A stretch of 48,666 nt of DNA from Armatimonadota bacterium (lineage in GTDB: Bacteria > Armatimonadota > Zipacnadia > Zipacnadales > UBA5352). Positions 35,901-43,686 of the stretch are shown here, piece by piece; the first letter of the stretch is position 1; each line of letters begins with the position of its first letter. The position numbers were made by a program, and so were the translations under genes. The stretch lies in the NCBI GenBank assembly GCA_051745855.1, contig JBNJEK010000002.1, positions 1 to 48,666 on the forward strand. The letters are read 5' to 3'. Under the pieces are notes generated by a model. That model was not told the DNA's origin and ran no database searches. It was given only the letters and a program-made list of their open reading frames with translations.

Positions 35901-37617
35901 GCAGATGCACCGCCATCTGGTCCCCGTCGAAGTCCGCGTTGAACGCCTGGCAGACCAGCGGGTGAAGCTGGATCGCCTTCCCGTCGGTCAGTGTCGGCTC
36001 AAACGCCTGGATGCCCAGTCGGTGCAGCGTCGGGGCGCGATTGAGCAGCACCGCCTTGCCCTCGATCACCCGCTCGAGCGAATCCCACACTATCGGGTCC
36101 ACCCGATCGACCATCCGCTTCGCCGTCTTGATGTTGGTGGTGTGCCCATGCTCCACGAGGTCCTGCATGACGAACGGCTTGAAAAGCTCAAGCGCCATCA
36201 CGCGCGGGATACCCGTCTGATGCAGTTTCAACTCGGGGCCGACCACGATCACCGAGCGGCCCGAGTAGTCAACGCGCTTGCCAAGCAGGTTCTTGCGGAA
36301 CCGGCCCTCTTTGCCCTTGAGCATGTCCGACAGCGACTTGAGCTGCCGCCGGTTGCTGCCCGTCACGGGCCTGCTGCGCCGGTTGTTGTCGATCAGCGCG
36401 TCCACCGACTCCTGCAGCAGCCGCCGCTCGTGATTGACGATCGACTCGGGCGCGTTGATCTCAATGATCCGGCGCAGACGGTTGTTGCGGTTGATCACCC
36501 GCCGGTACAGATCGTTCAGGTCCGACGTTGCGAAGCGGCCGCCGTCAAGCTGAACCATCGGCCGAAGCTCCGCCGGCAGGACCGGCAGCACGTCAAGAAC
36601 CATCCACTCAGGCCGATTCTGTGAGCCGCGGAACGCCTCAACCACCTTCAGCCGCTTCACCGCGCGGGTCCGCCGAGCGCCACCGTGCTCCGCAATCTCC
36701 TTGCGCAGCTCGCGGGCCATCTCCTCGAGATCAAGCGTCTCAAGCAACGCCTTGATCGCCTCCGCGCCGAGACCGGCACTGAACATGTTGCCAAAGTCCT
36801 CGCCGATCTGGCGCTCGAGCACCGCGATCAGGTCCAGCAGCCGACGATGATTCGTCTCGCTGATAAGCTGCTTGGGCGCGAGCTCGAAGAGAAGCTCGAC
36901 CGTCTCGTCGAGTTCCTCGATCCGCCGGATCGCGCCCGTCTCCTCGTCCTCGATCGCGCCGGAAAGCTGCGCCTCGCTCGTGATACGAAGACTCGACATC
37001 AGGCCGCCCTCGAGAAGCGCCTCAAGGCTGGTCTCTTCATCCTCCTCCTCATCCTCCTCGGGGCCCTTCGCAAGGTGCTCCTCATAGCTGAGCCGCAGCG
37101 CCTCGATGTTCTCTTCCTTGTCCGCGCGGATCTTCTCCTTCTCCTGCTCGACCGCCTCGAGGATCTCGGCACGCCGCCTGTGCATACGCTCGGCGTCCAC
37201 CTCGGTGACGATGTAGGAGGCGAAGTACACGACCTCCTCGAGCACCCGTCGCGACATGTCCAGCAGCAGACTCATCGGGCTCGGAACGCCCTTGAGATAC
37301 CACGAATGGCAGACCGGAGCAGCCAACTCAATGTGCCCCATCCGCTCGCGTCGCACCTTCGACCGCGTAACCTCAACTCCGCAGCGGTCGCAGATGATGC
37401 CCTTGAACTTCACCTTCTTATACTTCCCGCAGTGGCACTCCCAGTCGCGCACCGGACCAAAGATGCGCTCGCAGAACAGACCATCCCGCTCCGGGCGGTA
37501 CGTCCGGTAGTTAATCGTCTCGGGTTTCTTCACTTCACCCCGGGACCACGAACGAATCTCCTCCGGAGAGGCCAGACCAATTGTCACTGACTCAAAGTCT
37601 GTGGTGGAGACGGGCAA
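32980..37617 (-). CDS. rpoC: DNA-directed RNA polymerase subunit beta' (1545 aa), TTG start, several lineage-specific insertions
   Basis: The Zn1 site ([20 protein letters not shown]), the catalytic [11 protein letters not shown] and the bridge/trigger elements (TFHTGG, EELFEAR) are all present. The start codon at 37617..37615 is TTG, with AGGAGG 9 nt upstream. Confidence 0.96.
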   Translation of the reverse strand: MPVSTTDFESVTIGLASPEEIRSWSRGEVKKPETINYRTYRPERDGLFCERIFGPVRDWECHCGKYKKVKFKGIICDRCGVEVTRSKVRRERMGHIELAAPVCHSWYLKGVPSPMSLLLDMSRRVLEEVVYFASYIVTEVDAERMHRRRAEILEAVEQEKEKIRADKEENIEALRLSYEEHLAKGPEEDEEEDEETSLEALLEGGLMSSLRITSEAQLSGAIEDEETGAIRRIEELDETVELLFELAPKQLISETNHRRLLDLIAVLERQIGEDFGNMFSAGLGAEAIKALLETLDLEEMARELRKEIAEHGGARRTRAVKRLKVVEAFRGSQNRPEWMVLDVLPVLPAELRPMVQLDGGRFATSDLNDLYRRVINRNNRLRRIIEINAPESIVNHERRLLQESVDALIDNNRRSRPVTGSNRRQLKSLSDMLKGKEGRFRKNLLGKRVDYSGRSVIVVGPELKLHQTGIPRVMALELFKPFVMQDLVEHGHTTNIKTAKRMVDRVDPIVWDSLERVIEGKAVLLNRAPTLHRLGIQAFEPTLTDGKAIQLHPLVCQAFNADFDGDQMAVHLPLSAHAQAEARLLMIASMNLFKPANGEPIAHPVYDIVLGAYYMTQQSGETPPREKRKHFESAEAVMSAYAHRKIDLHEAIDVRLPRIIVTATDPDGNELELHPRARMALERTVAEHVTHEHPVRERTVQFTLTTDIVDAVQEGELMAPAPVTEGSQAGETTAEVEEVLLTALQHSAARQCLEGRCAVETEFTVSVERELTTTTVGRVVFNSHLPFDMPFYNHDIAKNELSDLVTDCYRRYGQWRTAALIDDIKSLGFKFVTRSGTSICLADTKVPTDRVKIIARAEREVERVNKAAAEGVISEDERERSVLSKWEQARQDIADQILEGVGTFNPIWMMITSGARASITQFSQITGMRGLMSDPFGRLIEDLPVKNNFHDGLNLLEYFVSTHGARKGLADTALRTADAGYLTRRLVDVAQDAMIQAVDCGTTEGISVTPMYLDDVYCGQCGMVDYHREGMCQYCEAPTEVPEEAETYQDLYDRIVGRYAAEDIFDPETGEVLVEVNTEIGEIAAEAIVESGLKEVRVRSPLTCELTRGICAHCYGRDLATQRLVEMGTAVGVIGAQSIGEPGTQLTMRTFHTGGVAGDYITGVADVKKRKQQALRSLQEDIDQGRVSLDMAGGGRARRKAIKDMLKVLETSVGGLLRIEELFEARTPKGQAITADVDGVVAEVSQRGMRTVVIHSDHPIIDTDAIRGERLAHDIYGPNSKEEGPIAKAGEKLLKKLRVRLKKYDIETVTIRTEHLVPYRGELLVSEGMEVRAGDPLTTGPIDPEKLLAMQGREGVQDYLLREIQRVYRDEHGVAINDKHIETIIRRMLLKVKVIDHGDTRFLPGEIVDRFDFMEENDRVQDLGGEQATAEPVLLGITQASLATESFLSAASFQRTTRVLTEAACENKYDPLYGLKENVIIGRLIPAGSGMSMHRDREVGFSGDVLEDLAKRGAESKSKEAESMERLLGDVEAAAAKREAQAEGE

Positions 37618-37719
37618 GATCGATCGCCTCCTGTATCTATTATCCGCCGCTGGACAACTCGCCCTGCGGCATCATTGCTCTCTCTGACGGACACCCCCGC
37701 GCTCAGCCTCACGACCGCA

Positions 37720-40700
37720 TCAACGAAGGTCGCCCGTGCTGGAGCTTATATCCAGCGGCTCGCCGTCGCCGTCCTCAATCGCAACGTCCAGCGCCAGCGC
37801 CTTCATCTCGTTCACGAGGATCTTAAATGCCTCCGGTACGCCCGGTTCCTCGATGTTCTCATCCTTCACGATCGCCTCGTAGGTCGCCACTCGCCCGGCC
37901 ACATCGTCCGACTTCACCGTCAGCATCTCCTGCAGACAGTTCGCCGCGCCGTAGGCCTCCAGCGCCCACACCTCCATCTCACCGAATCGCTGGCCGCCGA
38001 ACTGGGCCTTTCCGCCCAGCGGCTGCTGCGTGATCAGCGAATACGGACCGGTCGAACGCGCGTGAATCTTGTCCTCCACAAGCTGCAGCAGCTTGAGGAT
38101 ATACATGTAACCCACCATCACCGGCTGGTTGAACGGCTCGCCAGAGCGTCCGTCGTAAAGAACCGTCCGCCCGGTCTCGGGGTCAAGCTCAGCGCGCTGC
38201 TCGACGTTCTCGATGGCCGCCTCCACTATCAGCTCATACGGCCGCTCATCCGATGCCCTCGCCCACGCATACGGGCTCACTCCGAGCCACTCGGCAAGTT
38301 CCTCGAGATCCTCGGCGTCATGCTCGGAAAGCTGCTCAATGAGCTGCGCCTCTATCTCCTCGAGCGTCTCACCATCAAGCTTCTCCGCATCGATGATTTC
38401 CCCGAAGTGATTCAGCTCCACGTCCGCGTATGCGATCAGCGCCTCGCGCTTCTGCTGCATCGACAGCGCAGCCATCCCCTCCATGATCTCCTCGGCGGTG
38501 ATCCCCTCAAAGATCGGAGTGACATAGTCCCGATCACCCGCCTCCTTGGCGATCAACGCAAGATGCGTCTCCATGACCTGGCCGATGTTCATCCGCGACG
38601 GAACCGTCATCGGATTCAGGCAGATGTCGATCGGACGGCCGTCCGCAGTGTAGGGCATGTCCTCGATCGCCATGATCCGCGAGATGACGCCCTTGTTCCC
38701 GTGGCGCCCGGTAAGCTTGTCGCCCACCATGATCTTCCGCCGCTGGGCGACAAAGACCCGCACAAGCTGGTTCACGCCAGGCTTGAGTTCATCACCCGGC
38801 TGCTTCTCGAGCTTCCCGTCACAGCGCGGGCACCGCTCGTGCTCGGGCTGCTTGCCAAAGTCATGCACCGTGCCGCATGACTTGCACTCGAACTTGTGCC
38901 GCGAGAAGACCTTCGTGTCGATCACGATGCCCTTCTCGCCGTGCGGAACCCGCAGGGAGACGTCGCGCATCTCCTCGGCCTTCTTGCCGAAAATCGCGAT
39001 GACCAGCTTCTCCTCGGCCGTCAGCTCCGACTTGCCCTTGGGTGCAACCTTGCCCACCAGGATGTCCTCGGCGCGCACCTCGGCCCCGATGCGGACGATC
39101 CCCTCAGAGTCGAGGTCGGCGAGCGCGTCCTCGCCGACGTTCGGAATGTCGCGAGTAATCTCCTCGGGGCCCAACTTCGTGTCGCGCGCCTCACACTCAT
39201 ACTTCTCAATGTGAATCGAGGTCAGTTCATCGTCGTGAAGCAGACGCTCGCTGATCAGGATCGAGTCCTCGAAGTTGTAACCCTCCCACGAGAGGAAGCA
39301 CACGCGCAGATCAACACCGATCGACATCTCCCCGTTGTGCGTGGAGGGCCCATCGGCCAGTGGCTGACCTGCCTTCACCATGTCCCCTTCGCGAACGAGG
39401 CGGTGTGATGTGACGCAGGTGCCCATGTTCGTCCGCACAAAGTTCTCGAGCGGAAACTCCTCAGTCGTGTCATCCACATACTCCACGACCACCCGATCCG
39501 CGTTCGACTCGACCACCCGACCGTCCTTGCTCGCCAGAGCCACCACGCCCGAGTCCTGCGCCGCCCGCCCCTCAAGACCCGACCGCACGCATGGCGCGCT
39601 GGTCTTGATCAGCGGCACGGCCTGCCGCTCCATGTTCGAGCCTGCCAGCGCGCGCACCGCGTCGTCATGCTCCAGGAACGGGATCAGACCCGGCGCGATC
39701 GAGAACACCTGCGAGGCCGAGTAGTCGATCCACTCGACCTCCTCCGGCTGACGGATCGCAAAATGGCCCCCGTGCCGACAGTTGATCGGGCCGGTCAGGC
39801 GACCGTCCTCATCCCGCTTCGCCGACGCCGACGCAATGTAACACTTCTCCTCTTCGTCGGCGGTCATATACTCGACCTCGTCGGTCGGAATGCCGTCAAC
39901 GACCTTCCGATAGGGCGACTGCAGGAAGCCAAACTCGTTGAGCCGCGCGTGCAGCGCGAGGTAGCCCGTCAGACCGACGAGCTGCCCCTCCGGGCTCTGC
40001 ACCGGGCAGATCCGACCGTAGTGCGAGTGGTGAACGTCGCGAACTTCAAGCTTCGCGCTCTGCTTGCTCAAGCCGCCCGGACCAAGCGCCGATACACGAC
40101 GTGTATGCGACAGCTCGGCGAGCGGATTCACCTCATCCATGAACTGCGAGAGCTGACCGGAGCCGAAGAAGCTGTTGATCGCCGCCGAAATCGGCTTGGT
40201 GGAGATGACGTTCCCGGGGACCATCTCCTCCGGATCCATCGACGTCATCCGCTCCTTGGCAACCCGCTCGGTGCGCATAAAGCCCGTCCGAAGCTGGCTC
40301 TGCAGCAACTCGCCCACCGCGCGCACACGCTTGTTCTGCAGGTGGTCGATATCATCGACATCGCCCTCGTCGCGGGGAAGACCGAGCAGATAGCGCACCA
40401 TCGCCACGACATCCTCGCGTGTGAGTGTGCGCAGTTCCGGGTCCACGTTGACGCCAAGCTTGCGGTTGATCTTGTAACGACCAACACGCGACAGGTCGTA
40501 ACGCTTCACGTCGAAAAAGTAGCTGTGCAGAAGCGACTCGGCGCTGTCCACCGTGGGCGGATCGCCCGGGCGAATCTTGCGGTAGACCTCAAGCAGCCCC
40601 TGCTCGGCGTTGGTGCTCTCGTCGTCCTCCAGCGTCGCCCGCAACTCGAACGGCGCCCGGATGACCGTGAGCTTCTTGACGCTCATGCTCTGCAGCTTCT

Positions 40701-41529
40701 TGAGCACGTCGATCTCCAGCGCCTCCCACGCCTCGGTGAGTATCTCACCGTCCTGATCGCTGAGCGTGCGCATGGCAAAGTATTCATCATGCGCCTCGAT
40801 GCCGGGAAGCGCCTCGGCCTCCCGCTCCTCGATCCGCTTGATGAGTTCCTTGACGTCAACCGTCTCCTCCTCACCGAACGCCTTAAGGATCTCCTCATCG
40901 GTGCCGGTGGGCGGAAGATCGTCGGGCCGGTCGGTCTCCAGCCACTGCAGAGCGCGCAGCAGCGCCGTCACCGGAAACTTGCGCGTCTGCCCCAGCTTCA
41001 GACTGATGACACCCTTCGCGGCAGTGTCAATCTCCAGCCACGCCCCGTCCGAGGGGATGACCTTCGCGGAGAAACGCACTCGACCCGCGGTGTCGATGGT
41101 GTCGGAGAAATAGACGCCCGGTGAGCGGGCAAGCTGGCTGATAACGACGCGCTTCGCGCCGTTGATGATGAACTTGCCACGATCCGTCATGATCGGCAGC
41201 TCGCCAAGATAGACCTCGGACTCGGTGATCTCCGGGATCTCCTTGTTAATCAGCCGAACCTTCACGTAAAGCGGCGCCTCGTACGTGGCGTCACGCTCGC
41301 GGCACTCCGTCATCGATCGCGACGGCTCACCAATCGTGTAGTCCAGAAACTCCAGCGCAATGTTACCCGTGTAGTCCTCGATGGGGCTGAAGCTGTCAAA
41401 CAACTCCTTCAGGCCCGTATCGCAGAACCACTTATACGACTCAGTCTGAATGCTGATCAGGTCGGGTAGCGCCGCCGGGTCATACGACAAGGGACGCGAT
41501 TCCGGCAGCTTTGGCAGATTCTCGGCCAT
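37720..41529 (-). CDS. rpoB: DNA-directed RNA polymerase subunit beta (1269 aa) with a four-Cys insertion
   Basis: Conserved blocks are present (GRHGNKGVISRI, NPLAELSHTRRVSALGPGGL, GGQRFGEMEVWALEAYGAA). The start was set to ATG 41529 because GAGGAGG lies 9 nt upstream; the track's TTG at 41535 is only 3 nt from the SD. Confidence 0.96.
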   Translation of the reverse strand: MAENLPKLPESRPLSYDPAALPDLISIQTESYKWFCDTGLKELFDSFSPIEDYTGNIALEFLDYTIGEPSRSMTECRERDATYEAPLYVKVRLINKEIPEITESEVYLGELPIMTDRGKFIINGAKRVVISQLARSPGVYFSDTIDTAGRVRFSAKVIPSDGAWLEIDTAAKGVISLKLGQTRKFPVTALLRALQWLETDRPDDLPPTGTDEEILKAFGEEETVDVKELIKRIEEREAEALPGIEAHDEYFAMRTLSDQDGEILTEAWEALEIDVLKKLQSMSVKKLTVIRAPFELRATLEDDESTNAEQGLLEVYRKIRPGDPPTVDSAESLLHSYFFDVKRYDLSRVGRYKINRKLGVNVDPELRTLTREDVVAMVRYLLGLPRDEGDVDDIDHLQNKRVRAVGELLQSQLRTGFMRTERVAKERMTSMDPEEMVPGNVISTKPISAAINSFFGSGQLSQFMDEVNPLAELSHTRRVSALGPGGLSKQSAKLEVRDVHHSHYGRICPVQSPEGQLVGLTGYLALHARLNEFGFLQSPYRKVVDGIPTDEVEYMTADEEEKCYIASASAKRDEDGRLTGPINCRHGGHFAIRQPEEVEWIDYSASQVFSIAPGLIPFLEHDDAVRALAGSNMERQAVPLIKTSAPCVRSGLEGRAAQDSGVVALASKDGRVVESNADRVVVEYVDDTTEEFPLENFVRTNMGTCVTSHRLVREGDMVKAGQPLADGPSTHNGEMSIGVDLRVCFLSWEGYNFEDSILISERLLHDDELTSIHIEKYECEARDTKLGPEEITRDIPNVGEDALADLDSEGIVRIGAEVRAEDILVGKVAPKGKSELTAEEKLVIAIFGKKAEEMRDVSLRVPHGEKGIVIDTKVFSRHKFECKSCGTVHDFGKQPEHERCPRCDGKLEKQPGDELKPGVNQLVRVFVAQRRKIMVGDKLTGRHGNKGVISRIMAIEDMPYTADGRPIDICLNPMTVPSRMNIGQVMETHLALIAKEAGDRDYVTPIFEGITAEEIMEGMAALSMQQKREALIAYADVELNHFGEIIDAEKLDGETLEEIEAQLIEQLSEHDAEDLEELAEWLGVSPYAWARASDERPYELIVEAAIENVEQRAELDPETGRTVLYDGRSGEPFNQPVMVGYMYILKLLQLVEDKIHARSTGPYSLITQQPLGGKAQFGGQRFGEMEVWALEAYGAANCLQEMLTVKSDDVAGRVATYEAIVKDENIEEPGVPEAFKILVNEMKALALDVAIEDGDGEPLDISSSTGDLR

Positions 41530-41717
41530 GGGCAAAAGCCTCCTCGGTCACAGTCAAAAAGAAGAAGGACGCCCGTGCGTACATGCAAAAACGGGCATGC
41601 GCGCGGCGCATGCGCATTCCGCGTTTAGCGAGGGTTATCTGTCTGGAAAAATGTTGCTATGGGATGAGCACCCACAGAACGCACGAAAATGATGTTGGGC
41701 GCAGGCTCGGATTATTG

Positions 41718-41746
41718 ATATTACCCCCCATCGCTCTGAATGTCAA
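41718..41746 (-). promoter_or_regulatory. Sigma70-like promoter candidate for rpoBC (TTGACA-N17-TAATAT)
   Basis: On the minus strand, TTGACA is at 41746..41741 and TAATAT at 41723..41718, with a 17-nt spacer. It lies in a locally AT-richer stretch about 190 nt upstream of the rpoB ATG. Confidence 0.5.
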
Positions 41747-41864
41747 GGGCAAATTTTCACAAGATTTGCACGACCATCCATCCGGGCCCGGCCCTCGTTG
41801 CGGAACATGTGCTTTTGACGCGTGCGGCTCCGCCGATGTTCACCACCACCGGATTGTCCGCGAA

Positions 41865-43115
41865 TCAACCACCGTTCGGCGGCAGATCCACCACCGCTCC
41901 GGCCCCGACCAGCCTCTCGCGTAGCGTCTCCACGGGCAGGTCTCGCGGCTCGCAGCCGCGCTCAACGGCCAGCGCCGCCGCCGCGCCCGCTGCCTCGCCC
42001 ATCGTCCAGCAGCAGTGTACCTCGCGCAGCGCCTCCATCGCCTCGTCGTCCCCCGACACACATCGCCCGGCCACCAGCATTCCATCCACACTGGCGGGGA
42101 TCAGCGAGCCCAGCGGGATCTCGTAGACCACGTCGGGCTTGCGGAAGTCATTGCCCAGCGCCACCGAATCATCAAACTGCCGCTCCACCTCGAACTCCTC
42201 GTAGCGCATCGTCGCCAGTCCCGTGATGCTCCGGGTGCAGCGCACGCCGATCTGCGAGGCGGTGTCGATCAGCCATGCCTCCTCAAAGCCCGGCATCTTC
42301 TCCCGCACCACATCCAGCACGATCTTCGCCGAACGCCGCCCGCGTACTTCCATCCTTGTCAGCATGTCCGGGTCGAGGAAGTCGCCGCGCGCCATGTGAT
42401 TGTTCCCCCACGCGACACCCGGGTTCAGCGGGAAGGGTGACAGGCCGAAGTGGCTCTCGTAGCCCGCGGCCTCGTGCGCCTCCCGGTGGATCTCCCTGCC
42501 TGTCCCGTCGCCGCGCGCCTCGCTCCAGCGTTCAAGGTCGATGTTACCGATGCGGAAGGGAAGCCCGATCATCTTGTCGATGCGCTCGAACTCCGCGCCC
42601 GCCCGCGCCGCCACGTCGCCGTCCCCGGTGCAGTCCACGATCATCCCCGCGCGTATCGCCTCCCTGCCGGCCTTGCTCTCAACGATCACGCCCTTCGGCC
42701 GCCCCTCCTCGCCGAAGACGCCGACCACCCACGAATGCAGGCGCAGCAACACCCCGGCGTCGAGGCACATCTCGTCAGAGAGGCGCTTGAGGCCCTCCGG
42801 GTCGAAGCGACTGCTCCCGCGCTCACTGCGGTACTCCGCCTCGCCCGTCTCCAGCAGGCGCTCGAGCGTCTCCTGGCCGATGCCCGCGATCACCTGGTGC
42901 TCGCCGCGGACCAGCGGCGGAAGCACGATGACCAGTCCGCCGGTCGCCAGGCCGCCCAGGCAGCCGTACCGCTCCAGCAGCATCGTCCTCGCGCCTGCCC
43001 TGGCCGCGGCGATGGCCGCGGCCGTCCCCGCCGGGCCTCCCCCGCATACCAGCACATCCACCTCGCCGATCACCGGAAGCTCTCGCGCCGTCTCGCGAAC
43101 CGTCTCCTGCGTCAT
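41865..43115 (-). CDS. FAD-dependent oxidoreductase (PF12831 FAD_oxidored-like, 416 aa)
   Basis: The track ORF was trimmed to ATG 43115, with AGGAGG 7 nt upstream. The Rossmann dinucleotide motif is VDVLVCGGGPAGTAAAIAAARAGARTMLLERYGCLGG. Confidence 0.8.
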   Translation of the reverse strand: MTQETVRETARELPVIGEVDVLVCGGGPAGTAAAIAAARAGARTMLLERYGCLGGLATGGLVIVLPPLVRGEHQVIAGIGQETLERLLETGEAEYRSERGSSRFDPEGLKRLSDEMCLDAGVLLRLHSWVVGVFGEEGRPKGVIVESKAGREAIRAGMIVDCTGDGDVAARAGAEFERIDKMIGLPFRIGNIDLERWSEARGDGTGREIHREAHEAAGYESHFGLSPFPLNPGVAWGNNHMARGDFLDPDMLTRMEVRGRRSAKIVLDVVREKMPGFEEAWLIDTASQIGVRCTRSITGLATMRYEEFEVERQFDDSVALGNDFRKPDVVYEIPLGSLIPASVDGMLVAGRCVSGDDEAMEALREVHCCWTMGEAAGAAAALAVERGCEPRDLPVETLRERLVGAGAVVDLPPNGG

Positions 43116-43249
43116 CGCACACCCTCCTGCTGCGTGTATTGTCGGAGCCCGTGTTCGACACGGGCACGCCTCCCTCCTCCTCGACGACCTATGCATTACG
43201 CAAATCTGCGGGCGGGAAGCGTAAGGCCGTTTGTCGTCCGGAGGGGCCG

Positions 43250-43348
43250 CCGCTCGCGTCCGCTGCCGTTTAGCGGCGCGAGCGGTGAGCCCGCCCGTCG
43301 TTTAGGCGGGATCAGTCGCCTGACCGGCCCGTCGTTACGTCATCCGGT
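43250..43348. repeat. Three consecutive GC-stem hairpins with related loops (CCGT(CG)TT(T)A) in a 570-bp divergent intergenic region
   Basis: Hairpin 1 (43250..43285) is CCGCTCGCG-t-CCGCT-gccgttt-AGCGG-CGCGAGCGG. Hairpin 2 (43290..43310) is CCCGCC-cgtcgttta-GGCGGG. Hairpin 3 (43323..43348) is ACCGG-cccgtcgttacgtcat-CCGGT. A related CCGTTTGTCGTCC occurs at 43227..43239. Confidence 0.6.
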
Positions 43349-43413
43349 GTAATACCATTCAGGCTTCGCAGGCGCGCCACGGATTGCGGAATCGGCAAGA
43401 ACAACGGGCCGGT

Positions 43414-43431
43414 GACTTCGCAAGCGAAGTC
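43414..43431. repeat. Perfect 8+8 inverted repeat GACTTCGC-AA-GCGAAGTC (operator-like palindrome)
   Basis: It is read directly from the sequence. It lies between the divergent FAD-oxidoreductase and DUF4838 genes. Confidence 0.6.
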
Positions 43432-43686
43432 CTGGCGCCTGGACCATCGCGAGCAAACGACGCTCACTCTGGCCCAACCTTTTGGGCTGGCCCCTCACAC
43501 GGCAATAACGCCTCTCCAGATTTGTGCGTCATGCATAGCTGCCGATAAAGTGCGCACACGCCGGGTATGTCCCGGCCGCGGACTGGAAGCCCGCGCCACA
43601 TGAAAAGAGTACGGCCGACCTCATGCGAGAAGGATTCCATCGCACCACCCGTCGAACTACCCTTACGTGCAGAGTTGCGCAACTGA

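Noticed and set aside
35728-41124. Plus-strand ORFs of 298-485 aa opposite rpoC and rpoB (35728..36624, 36685..37590, 37675..38880, 39667..41124)
   Set aside because: They are antisense to the RNA polymerase genes. Their low-complexity Arg/Leu/His-rich products are not credible proteins.
41618-41630. GCGTTTAGCG in the rpoB leader, which resembles the loop motif of the 43250..43348 hairpin array
   Set aside because: It is a single short match of about 9 nt without the flanking stems. It is most likely coincidence.
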